From Octopus vulgaris (taxonomy: Eukaryota): a stretch of 64,000 bases of DNA. A model generated the notes under the pieces. It worked only from the letters and a program-made list of their open reading frames with translations, searched no databases and was not told the origin of the DNA. The stretch lies in contig OX597816.1 in NCBI GenBank assembly GCA_951406725.2, positions 134,540,001-134,604,000 of the forward strand, in the 5' to 3' direction. This document shows, one piece after another, positions 38,668 to 51,100 of this stretch (position 1 is the first letter of the stretch; the number at the start of each line of letters is the position of its first letter). A program made the position numbers and the translations under genes.

Positions 38668-39095
38668 TAACAGGTTTAATTTTCATTTGTGAACCAATTT
38701 GGGAAGTTTGGTTGAAACAATCATTTTTAGAGCTAGAGGCCATTTTGCTTCATTACTTCCCTTGAAGTAGAATGCAATCAATTAAGGAAACGAGCAACCA
38801 CAGTTAAATGTCTTATTAAAGAACACAACATAAGAGATAAAGTAGTAAGATTTGAACTTATGTGCCTCTTATGCTAAAGATTCTTTAAAATGCTTGTATT
38901 TGGTTGTATGGGTCAGCTGGAGGGTAAGGGTAAAGAGTACATTTTAGGTAAATATTGACATATTTTCATGAAGTATTATTAATAAAAACTTGCAACTTTA
39001 ACTAAGTATTTTACAAAAAAATAAACTTTATATAGAAAAGAGAAAAATAAATTTCAACAATAAACTAACCTGGAATTAAACTGGAAGATTGAATA

Positions 39096-39170
39096 TTAAA
39101 AGATTGCTTCTGATCCTTGTGGTTCTTTAGTGTTTAGGAAACTCACCAATAAATGTTTAATACTTTGGTT
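39096..39170 (-). CDS. ANKRD27: ANKRD27 probable last coding exon (NQSIKHLLVSFLNTKEPQGSEAIF*); exon likely extends to a donor at 39070
   Basis: ccatag acceptor in phase 0; N..I..LL closes the ankyrin repeat; TAA at 39098-39096; CAG|gttagt donor 26 nt later. Confidence 0.65.
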   Translation of the reverse strand, partial: NQSIKHLLVSFLNTKEPQGSEAIF

Positions 39171-42100
39171 CTATGGAATTAAAATAGAAAATGCAATTAT
39201 GAGTTAGAATTTTTATTCTGACAAAAAAAAAATCTAACATCTAAAGTATGCAAGAACATGCTTTTATATTTTTGTATTCATCTGAATGGGTTTTCAGAAT
39301 CCTCTCATTTTAGCTCTCCCTATTTTATTTGTTTTTTTTTCACAATAAATCAATAACTGAGACTTCTTAATAAGCAAAGTAAGTTCTTCAGGGAAATCAT
39401 ACAACTTCTGTCACATTGCATTGGTGCTTATCATTGAACTAGAACTATAAATGATTCAAATACAGAAGCTTGAAATTTATCATTTACGAAGTCATCATAA
39501 TCATCATCATTTAACGTCCGTTTTCCATGCTAGCATGGGTTGGATGGTTCGACTGGGGTCTGGGAAGCCAGGAGGCTGCACCAGGCTCTAATCTGATCTG
39601 GTAGTGTTTCTACAGCTGGATGCCCTTCCTAATGCCAACCACTCCGTGAGTGTAGTGAGTGCGTTTTACGTGCCACTGGCACATGGGCCAGAGGAGGCTG
39701 GCAAATCCACGATCAGTTGGTGCTTTTGAAACAAAAAATTATAGTAATGTTAAGCAAGTCAAAGAGGGTATGGAATTAGCTTGAGGAATGAGGGAGAATC
39801 AAGGCTCTTGTTGCTTTGTAGTGCAAACTGGAATAGATTTGGAAACAAATACCTTAATGTTAGGCATCAGCTACATATATCTAGAGGTGAACTCAGATGT
39901 CATCAGAACGAAGTGTATCCTAATTGATGAAGGCACACTTGCTGTTACTACTGATGACAAGTGCTACAATGAGAGGTTGTTGAATGAAGAGAATGCATGG
40001 AATAAAGAAGGGTTAACTCATGTTCACCCAACAGAGAGACCATCAATTCAAGTTGACAGCAGTGTGGTGGAACAACCAATTAAGGACATGAACTTTAGTC
40101 TAGAAGAAACTGTCCTCCCTCAATAAAATATGTAATATTTTTTTCAGAGCTTACTTCCTGTTCTCTTTGCATACTCACCTCTATCTCACATATCTCTCAC
40201 TCGCTCTCCCCTCCTTGATTCTCATGTTTACATCACTCATAGCCTACACTTCCTCCAATCTTTCTTCTCTCCACCACCTTGCAGACTACATTATCCACTT
40301 CACTTTACTGTGATTTCTTGCTTTTCTGAAGGTCCTTAATCACACTCACCCACCCCCTACCCAGTAGAGGTGGAACAGGTAATGGTGAGTGATGAGATAA
40401 AGGCAGGAGGAGAGTAGTGGCTGGTAGTACAAAAGGTTTTTTTCAAAACCTACTTCTCGCTCTCTTTGCATACTTCAGAGTAAAGTGAAGTGGATAATGC
40501 AGTGTGCAAGGTGGTGGAGAGAAGAACGACTGGAGGAAATGCAGGCTATGAGTGACAAAAAGATGGGAATAAAGGAGGGAAGAGTGAGTGAGAGTTAGAT
40601 ATGTGAGATAGGGGTGAGTATGCAAAGAGAGTGGGAAGTAAGCTTTGATAAAAGCTGCTGTACTACCAGCCACCACTCTCCCTCTTGCCTTTATCTCATC
40701 ACTCACCATTACCTATTCTACCTCTATTATCATCAATTCTTCCAACACTAACTCCAACCCCTAATTTTCTCTTATCCTCCCATCATACACTTGCTCCATA
40801 ATCTCACTCATTCTGGCTTACTCTCTTCCTTTGAGGATCACCTGAGCAAATGCATATGCTCTAAGCTATTAAGTACTCTCTATACTTCAGTCCTACTTTC
40901 TTTCTCAATTTCTACCCATTTCTAGCATCATTGCTGCCATTATTCCTTCTCCTATTTCCTTTCTTCATCCACATGTCTTAGGTTGCTAAGTATTTAAAGA
41001 AAAGGCATCCAATAAACCTGTTGAAGTAGTTGGTGATAGGAAGGGCATCCAGCCATAGAAACCGAGCCAAATGATGCATAAGAGCATCGGTCTTTAGGAG
41101 CAGTAGCTTCCAATGAGAAATGATTTGGATCATGATGACTCATCCAATTCATGCCAGCATGGAAAGCAGCCATAAAATGATGATGAATATTTAAGACCAA
41201 TTTTAATAAAAAAAGTAATGCCAAAGTAGCAAAAGGTATTTCCAATTCACAATACTTTAGTACATACCTCTGCTAAATGCACTGGAGACAGATTTAAAAG
41301 ATTTACTAGACTGATGTTAGCACCAGCCTCAAGTAGCAAGGCCACTAAATTTGCATTGTTGGTACCCACTGCCTCATGCAAACAGGTGCTTCCAATATGG
41401 TTACGTTGGTTTACTCGAGCACCATGCTAGAAAAAGTACAAACAGAATATTAAAAAAAAACATAAATCAAATGCATTAATGTAGAACAGGAAAAGAATAA
41501 AGAAAATTTTTTAATATTTTGACTAAAATGGAAATGGCTGCCTGCAAATTTAAAACTATTTTCTAAAATAGAATTTAAAGTAAATATTTTAATTCATAAA
41601 TCGATGGAAAACAATGCAATGAGGATTGCAACAATTAACATACCACAAGTTAAATTTGTTTTACAAGTTTGGGATACTGTTACAGTTAAGTTATTTAATA
41701 CTAGCTCGACCACGATTTACACACATCAGCAAGCATGCATTTGCTGTTCATAGCTGATGAATCAAAAGAACATAGAAATGCATGCATTATACAATTCAAT
41801 GTCATTCATAGCCCAATGCATTAACCATTCATCTAAAAGGAGACTTTTCTCACATTACTATTTCCACAACAGAAGTTCTCCACATGCCTGAGTATACTTG
41901 AATGCATCAAATATAACTTTAAACAAATATACCTTATATATTTTAAATTTTAGTCCACAATAATGAATATTGATTGCTAACATTGTACAGTTACATATTG
42001 GTGTATGTGTCTAGGGAGTAAGGGAGATACAGTCAAATCTAACTTAGAAATAGTGGACAACTATTACAAAAATTTTTCTTCCTAAACATTTAAAAGGAGT

Positions 42101-45100
42101 GAAAAATAAAAACCTAATATCAGTGCTTCAACATGGCCTTAGCTGTAATAGTTAAAATGAATGCTAAAGAATTTTGAAAACACATACACAATTTTGAAAT
42201 GAAAAAGTAAATACCTCTAGTAGCAGAGTAGCTAAAGGAATATTTGCCTTATGACAACTGTGATGTAAAGGACTATTCCCACAATGGTCAGCTAAGTTCA
42301 CTTTGGCTCCATATGATAACAGTAACTCAACCATCTGCAAAGAAAAAAAAATACAAGCTGATATATCGCAAGTGTGTGTATGTGTGTATGATATGATATA
42401 TGAAGATTGCCTCATCTTATTGGATGAAAGCTTGCTCACATTCAGCTTCATTGTTCCAATCTACCTTCATCCTTACAAGTGTGCAGATATGACTTTTACT
42501 ATGTATCCATTACCATAGGACTTTATAAAATACGAAGCAGACCAGGATATGAAGCCTGGTGCAGGCTACTGGTATGCCAGTCCACAATCAAACTGTCCAA
42601 CCTATGCTAGCATGGAAAATGGACATAAGGTTTCTTTTAATAAACTTATTCCTTTTCAAAGGCAAGAAAATACTAAAAAAGTGATGCAGATGATGGTGAT
42701 TATGATAATGGACAGATTTTCAGTTTGAAATTCTAATATTACAATTTGGATATTTTCTAATAAAATACAGATATTTTGAAATAATTATGAGACTATATCT
42801 TTATATTTATTATATACTAATCTGAATAAGAACAGCAGTAGCCTGGGTAGTGCCAGGTCATTCAGCTAATATATAACATTCTGAGGTTGAAGAATTCTTG
42901 TCTTTTAATAAAGAAACTTATTCTTTATCAAAAGCAATAAAATACTAAAAAGGTGATGCAGATGATGGTGATTATGATAATGGTAATATAGTAAATTCTT
43001 TACCTCTACATCATCATTCATGCAAGCCAAATGAAGTGGAGTAAAACCATCCTCTGACAAACAGTTAATGTGTGCCCCTGCTTCTAGCATAGTTTTTGCT
43101 AATTCTAAGCTGTTCGCTTGGACTGTTAAATGAAGAGCTGTGAGTCCTTGACAATTGCGCTTGTTAATATCGATGTCATTCTGTTTCTTTGCTAACTTCT
43201 AAAATAAAGAAAATACGAAAGATTTCAGAAAGAAAATACAATACGCCTTTTCAGGCCAGTAATTTTATGCAAATAAGGATAGCTTGATGGACAATAATAA
43301 TAATAATAATAATAAAAAGTAATACTTTTTATTTATTTAATATACAGGATGTCCCAGAGTTAACTATCTTTTTCAAGGAAATCAGGCAAATAAAAAAAAA
43401 AAACTGACAGAATTTTATGTTTATTACTTAATTACAATAGCAAAACAAATAGATTTATAAATCTTATGTTAAAGCTTTATTGAAAATTTTCAACATGTTT
43501 TCCATCTGTAAATCTATCCTTAGCTTTGCAAAACACAATTTGAAGCATTTCAGGATTTATCTCCTGCACTGCTAACTAAATTCATTCTTTAAGTTCAGCT
43601 AAACTATTGCTCCATCCTAGGGATAGAGGTTGAGAAAATGATTGCAGCCAAAGTGAAAAAACGCTGTCACGGACAGATAAGCGGGATCCAACACAAGTGA
43701 AAATAAAATTATAAAACAACAAGAGCACTCAGAGAGCGCAAACCTCTGCCAAGGCAGCACCAACATCATCTCAACGATTAGCCAGAGATGATTTTTAAAA
43801 GGAGACTATCTGAAATAAACTCGACTGCTTTCACAAATGAGAAAACTAAAAATGAACCTGACCGTTCTCAAAAATTAAGTAAAAAAAAAAACGGAAAAAT
43901 AATTCAAAATCCTAGTCTGGTACCAGATCGATCCCAAAATCTAATCAGTTTGTGCCAGTCATGAGGCCAAACATCCTTGAAAGTTTCATATGAATCCATC
44001 CAGTGGTTCTTGAAATATCTTGTCCACACACAAACAAACACAACTGAAAACAATACCTCTGCCTCCCTAAGGCAGATGTAATTATAAACAAAATTTTTAA
44101 TTTATACACTTTTAACACATGTTAAACATGCTAAACATAAATAAAAGTGAATTTTTAAAAAATTGTTCGATTTCAATGAAAGAGAGAGTTAATTCTAGGA
44201 CAGCCTGTATTTAATTATTTAATTTATGTGAGATTTTCCTAATTGAATTCCATGTAATTGACATGATTGCACATCTATGCATTCTCTCACCCAAGTTACG
44301 AGAGTTAAATTGATTTGATCAAAAGATGACATGTAACATCTGGCCTTTGTGCCAAAAACCTGATGCTGGCCATTATAACTACAAAACTAACTTTCTCTTA
44401 GACATGCTACACTTCATTAAAACATAAAAACAATAATGAATAAATGTTTGAATATCAAGATACATTAATTTATCCTTTTTACATCAATGCAATAAATAGT
44501 AAAATGCTAAAACTTTAAAAACTATCCATCAACTAGTGATCAGTTGTACTGACTTCAGGGAAGAGAACTGTTATGCCCTTTCTAAAAGCATTAACAGAGT
44601 AAATGAAATAGCGAAAACTGTATGCAGAATTATCTATAATTATTACCATTTTGGATACAAAATCCATCTTGCAATGGAAGAAGTACTGATGATAAAATTG
44701 GCTGCAGTACCTTACTTCAGATACTAGAAATTCCATTGAATCTAGTTAGATTTAAATTGAACTTAGCCCTGGTGATACATAGAAACTAGACAAAGACAAG
44801 ATTAACCTTAGCTCTCTACTGTGCTAGCTATCTCTGTTGCCCTGAATTATTAATTAATAAAATTTTCACTTGGAAAACACTAACATTCTGTATAGAGAAG
44901 TTGAATGGTTCTGAAAATTCACAAATTTGCATGAACTGCTAAAGTGATTACTACCAATGTAAATGAGTATTATTTACTCAACAGTAAAATATGAGCACAA
45001 CCAATTTATAGCTAGAAAGTAAAATGTAAAATAGAATGCCAAGAGGTATATTCTAACAGATAGTTATTAGGTTACTAGTAGAGTACCTTGCTATTCAGCC

Positions 45101-48100
45101 ATTAAACCTCTTATACAAGTTAGCTTCTCAAAAGTTGATCTGTACATATTTCAATCAACTGCCCACTTCATTACTGAGTAGTTACAAGTACAACCCCGAT
45201 ATACATTTTATCTCATTTTCTTTTAATCTTTTTGGCTTATTTGAGAGCACTTCTAGCCATCTCTTTGAGTTCAATAAGGATTTTGGAACACAGGTAGTTG
45301 TCTGTCCTCAATGTCACTTTGGAGGACACAGAGGGGCTAACATGGGACTGCCAGCAATAGAGAGCACTGGTGGATCTGGTCAGCTGTATGCATGATAATG
45401 TCTCTGGAACCACTAACCTGGGATGACCCAGCCCCATCAAATAACAGCATGAAGTAAGTAGTAGGTCATCAGGTCTCAGCCCTCTCCTGTATATTATAGT
45501 TCTCTAGAATGTAATAAAGAAGTTCAAGACGAGGTGTCTGTGAGCACTGTTGTATACCAAAGTCCTAGTTTTCATCACCAAATTAATCAAAGACTAAGAA
45601 GAAAAATTCCTACATTGGATGTAGAACATCAAATCAAGGCAACCTAGCAAAGACAATAGTCTTAGCAAGAAAAATACCATTTGAGAAGTGGCCATGTTTG
45701 ATATGCACTAAAAGGTGTAGATCAGGTGTGGGCAACGATTTTTGAGAAGTAGGTTGCATGAGACATGGCTCGTTATGAGGTGAGTCACACTACTAAAGAA
45801 ATGCAAGGTAATTTTTGCATTGGTTTGCCATTCAGAAAGTCCCACAGGTTGCAGTTTGCCCATGACTGATGTAGATAGAAAGTCTATATCATGTAAACTA
45901 TGGGTGCACAAGAGATGCAGTGGGATTACTTATAGACTGATAGAAAACAATGGTATATAGATGATATGCAGTAGTTTGCACTCATGGCATCCATATGTAG
46001 CCTAGAATGCTACCTTGAAGTAGTTGACAACTCCTGTTACCTAGATAACCAATTTGGCAGCAAAATTGAGGTACAGAAGTTACAGTAGCCGGAGTAAGAA
46101 TGAAGTGAATAAGTTCAAGAAGCTGTAACATTTACTGGCAACAAAAAACTTCTCTCAAGTGAAGGACAGATTGTATGATGTTTGTATATGAAGTGTGATA
46201 TTGTATGGTACATGGACACTGAATGCAGAGGAGATGTGAAGGCTGAAAAGAAATAAGATGAGCATATTCTGTAGGATGTACATATGAAGGGTAGAGCACA
46301 AATGAGCTGAGATAAAAACTAGGTAGAAGAATCAACAACAGTGTGCTAATACTGACATAAGACGTATATGAAGGATGACGCTTGGGCAAAGAAGTGCCAA
46401 GCAATCCAAGATGAAGATATCAGAAGAAAAGATGAAGTCTGATCTCACGATATTGAATCATCATGAGGAAGATGACAAGAGAGTGCAACAAATGGTAAGA
46501 TGTCTGGAGAAAACCTATCCAACCCAAGCAAATAGGAAAAAATAAAGATAAAATGATGACATAACATTTCATAATTAAAATAGTTCAAAACAAATTTATT
46601 CAATTTACTGTTTGCAAATATTTTCCCAAGTTCTTATTACGAATCTTTTAAAATGCTTTTGATAAATCAAGTGTTTTCTTTTTTTTAAAAAAAAAAACCC
46701 ACCAATTAACTAAGAACATTTATGCTCCATGGCAGGAAAAAAACCCACAATTAACTAAGAACATTTATGTTCCATGGCAGGAACATAGATGTGTCATGAA
46801 CAGGGGCACAATACAATGCAACAATATTACACATGAAGATTAATTTGAAAAGTTCTTTCATAAATTAAAAAAAGAGCTAGGAGCCTAAATTAACAAAAAC
46901 ATTTTATATAACATTCTAAAATTTCATAGAAAATTTGATATTTTCAGCATATATAATTGATATCATCATCACTAGTTTCCTATTAGATGTATATATACCT
47001 GTTTTCAAAAATATAAGTGGCAAGTTATAGTTTGAAATGATCAATATTTCTTATAATGTACTCAAAGGATTTAAGCAAAATTACAAACCTAATACCTGAA
47101 TTTCTACTGAATATTTTACATTAAGTTGACATGGCAGTTTGAAATGAGTGTACAGTGTGGATAGTTAGACAAGTATAAATTTACAGAGAACAGAACAATG
47201 ATGGTTTATATAAAGTATAGTTTACATCAATGAACAGAACATATTACACTAGCTCACAGCAGTACACAATACATTATTTGTAAGATAAACAAGATCAATA
47301 AACAATGTATTAAACTGACATCTGTATACAATGATTCAATGAACAAGATAAATGAACATGTGTTCAACTAACAACAATGAACAAGATCAATAGACAAAAG
47401 GTTTTAAGCTAACAGCAGTACACAGTAGCATTATAGATAAGAATGGTGAACCCTATGAATAGAACTAAAGTTTGTCTATTCAATCTTAATCTGAAGTAAT
47501 ATGAAAATGTAGTGCTTGTTGATTGAAATAGAATATAGATAAAAACATGAGAAATTAAGTTGATAATCTGCTCAACTTTCAATCCTCAGTTCGGTTAGCT
47601 GAGATATATCAGGCACTGACAAGTATTATCTTTGGTATGAAGATAAAACAAATGACTGTAATAGGTAGCATAGGTAAACTACTGTCAACATGATGTTGAG
47701 AATAAGTACAGAATAGATGAGTTTTGGGACTTTTTCTTGAACATAAAGTTCATTCTAAGTATAGAATCTAGAGAGATTAATTTGTTGAAAGACAAACTGT
47801 TCTTCAAATCCCAACACATAATCTTTCAAGGTGAAGAACTATATTTTGTCTAAAAGTTTCTTCTTAGAAGTATGTAAACATTGAGGGAAAACATATGCAA
47901 CAGAACATGGTGAGAAATACAAGTGCAACATATAAGAAAGTGTAGTCACTCATGCTGGCAGTTCTATAGAGTTTTAGAGAAATGAGATATAGGATAATCA
48001 TTTCCATCAATGTCGGTTTGAAGGTAAATGTTAGTATTGAAAGCAATAAGAGAAGCACTTTTACTGGAGAGCAGTAACAAAGTGCCTTGACCAAAGACCA

Positions 48101-51100
48101 CGCTATTTCAAAGATGGACAAAGTACTGTACAAAAATAATTAAGAAAAAAATTACTTTGGGATGGTGACATACACTATGAATAAAATATATTAGTACAGA
48201 CTTGTAAGATAGATATATTAATTATAAAACAAACTGAATATGACAATGGAACTTAACTATCTGATTAAACAGAAGTTTTTCTAACTTAAATTCTACTTCA
48301 CAATGTGGATCAGCTTAAAGTGATAATCTCCTGCTACAATGGAAAATAGTTTATCATTTGCAATTTATTTTCAAGGTAAATAATAAAAATAAATTGTACG
48401 TTTATTATTTCTGCTGTAAAAACTAGAATATTTGGTCAAGTACTTTAACTACTAAATGAGAGGAGTATGGGTGAATGATGTTTACAACAAAAGACAAATT
48501 ATATGAAAAGGGAGAGGCAATGGAAGTGTCATGCAGTTGCCTAGTAATGAAAACACATTGAACCACAGTTGCACAATGTTACTTACATATCCTTGAGATA
48601 GCAGCTCTTTTAAAGACTGAAGGAAAAATGCAATTTGGTTAGTGCTGCAATATATCTACTTTAAATGCATGCTTGCATTCGCAAATAACATTGAAATAAA
48701 TAAAAAAAAAGTACATAAAAGAGAAAAAGCAAACAAGCCTTCTTAAAATATCTACAACTGGCACAACCAATGTCTATAAGTTGCAAATAAAAACAAGAAA
48801 TTCTAAACTAATTTTAAAACACAATAATATATAAAAAAAAGAAATCCACTAGAAATATTTTAATGAAGATGGTTTATATAATTCTATGGTAGATATGGTA
48901 CTGAATAATGATATTAATTATTGTCAATCTTGCAATGATGAAGATGTATTTAGTGCCTATAACAGAACTTTCTTCTAAGTACAAGGACGAAATAATTATG
49001 ATGAAACATTTCAAAGAAAACTGGTTTGGTAAAATAGATTTTGTCTCATTTCTAGCCGTAATGCAGACCAAACCTTAGGTTTGATAAGAAATACTTCAGT
49101 TTCTAACATACATTATAAAATTCATTACATATGAGAGAGAGAGAATAGAGATTGAGAATAAGAGAGAAAAAAATATTTTTCCATTCTACTTTGAACTGAA
49201 TTTCATAAATAAACAACAGGTTGTGATACGCTACTCAAAAAAATATTTTCACCTACTTATGTTTGTTATTCTTTTTCCTTAGTATTTACAAAAATATTAA
49301 TACATCGATTTCTAACATTAGCATGAAGTAAATTTTCATGGTTGGAGGGAGGTGGGGTATAATTGATAAAAATCTCAGTACCCGACAGACACTTTAGGTG
49401 AGGTTGACAGCGGTAGTGTTTAAGCCTTTAGCATTCAAACCAGTTATATTCAACTCAAATATATTTATCTGTTTTACGTTCAAACTAGCCGGACCTGATC
49501 TCTCACACCTACTCTACAATGTCATTCTAAAAATGCAACAGTCACATTATTAAATTTTCAAAGGTATGAGATAATGCATAATTAATTCAAAGCAATGTGA
49601 ATAAATAGACTTTACATTGGACAGAAAATTCTGAATGATAAAGGATTAAATGAGAGAGAGAGATAATTATGTTATGACCACAAAACTATATTTCAAGTAA
49701 AATTGTATTAGGAATGATCTGCTGTGAGAAGGATCTAGTCCAACATATCAAGTCTTGCTTAGGATATGGAAAAAAAAGAAAAGGCGGAAAAAATAATATT
49801 ATCACTTAGGCTGGAGACAGACTAATAAATGCTTTACACTTTCCATGGCAAAGGAACTTTACCATCATTGACTTTTACCGATGCAGACATCATTATTTTC
49901 CTTGGATGTTGAATTTTAATATAAAACTAGGTCATTACTCGTCACTATGCTGCTGGTAAAAATATTTGTTAATCATTCACGTACCTTCATAAATTGTTCA
50001 AAGTGAAATCTTTTTTTAAAGTCCATGTGGCATTGTCTGCGTTGAAAGACATACAGAAACACACCCACACCCACAAAAATAACTATTATGTGTGTATGTA
50101 TGTATGTATATCATCATCATCATCATCATCATCATTTAACGTCCGCTTTCCATGCTAGCATGGGTTGGACGGTTCAACTGGGGTCTGGGGAGCCCGAAGG
50201 CTGCACCAGGCCAGTCAGATCTGGCAGTGTTTCTACAGCTGGATGCCCTTCCTAATGCCAACCACTCCGAGAGTGTAGTGGGTGATTTTATGTGCCACCG
50301 ACACAGGTGCCAGACGAGGCTGACGAACGGCCACGCTCGGATGGTGTTTTTATGTGCCACCGACACAGGTGCCAGACGAGGCTGACGAACGGCCACGCTC
50401 GGATGGTGTTTTTATGTGCCACCGACAGGTGCCAGACGAGGCTGACGAACAGCCACGATTGGATGGTGTTTCTTACGTGCCCACAGCACGGAGGCCAGTC
50501 GATGCAGTACTGGCTACGGCCACGTTCGGATGGTTTTCTTGTGTGCCACCGGCACTGGTACCACAAAGATATATATATATATATATATATATAATATTGT
50601 CTTTTTTTGAAGCCTGTGTTGCATTGTGTTGACAGACTTGCACTTAAAATTCTTGCATTTTTAATCAAAACTTGTTAGTTACTATGGTGACAACACTACC
50701 TATTTATCTATCTTTTACACTCTCTTCCACTGTATTTCTTTCTCAAAAACAACTTGTTCTCTCTGACTTCCCTCTCTCTACACAGATATTGTTACAGACA
50801 GACAGATGGAGATCAGCTTCTCTTTTATAATATAAAATTGTAGTGTGTTTATCAGTGCAAAAACAACATTGGATTCCCATTTTATCAAACATTACTAAAT
50901 AGAGAGGAAAAGAATGAGGCAATAAAGCTGTATATTTGTTCAGTGGTTATGCCAACATCAATGGAATTACTGCCTTTCTCCAACATCATTGACTCAAGTC
51001 AGTTTTTCCAAGCAAGCACCAGCTTGGTGAATCTTAAAATTCTTCTCAATCCTCAGTCAGCATTCAAACAGCACACTTGCAGGTTTTCTCAACCTTCAAC

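Noticed and set aside
39788-40126. 112-aa ORF (also 50943-51311 and 31913-32248)
   Set aside because: No recognisable domain or splice context; the first two are antisense within ANKRD27 introns and the third lies in the putative UTR/intergenic region
47864-48133. Hydrophobic 89-aa ORF on the - strand
   Set aside because: TTG start, no recognisable motif, wrong phase for ANKRD27 splicing; hydrophobicity is expected from T-rich DNA
50287-50568. CRISPR-like look of regular repeats, and CTGACGA as a possible hammerhead core
   Set aside because: Units are contiguous with no unique spacers and there are no cas genes; no downstream GAAA or stem II to complete a hammerhead
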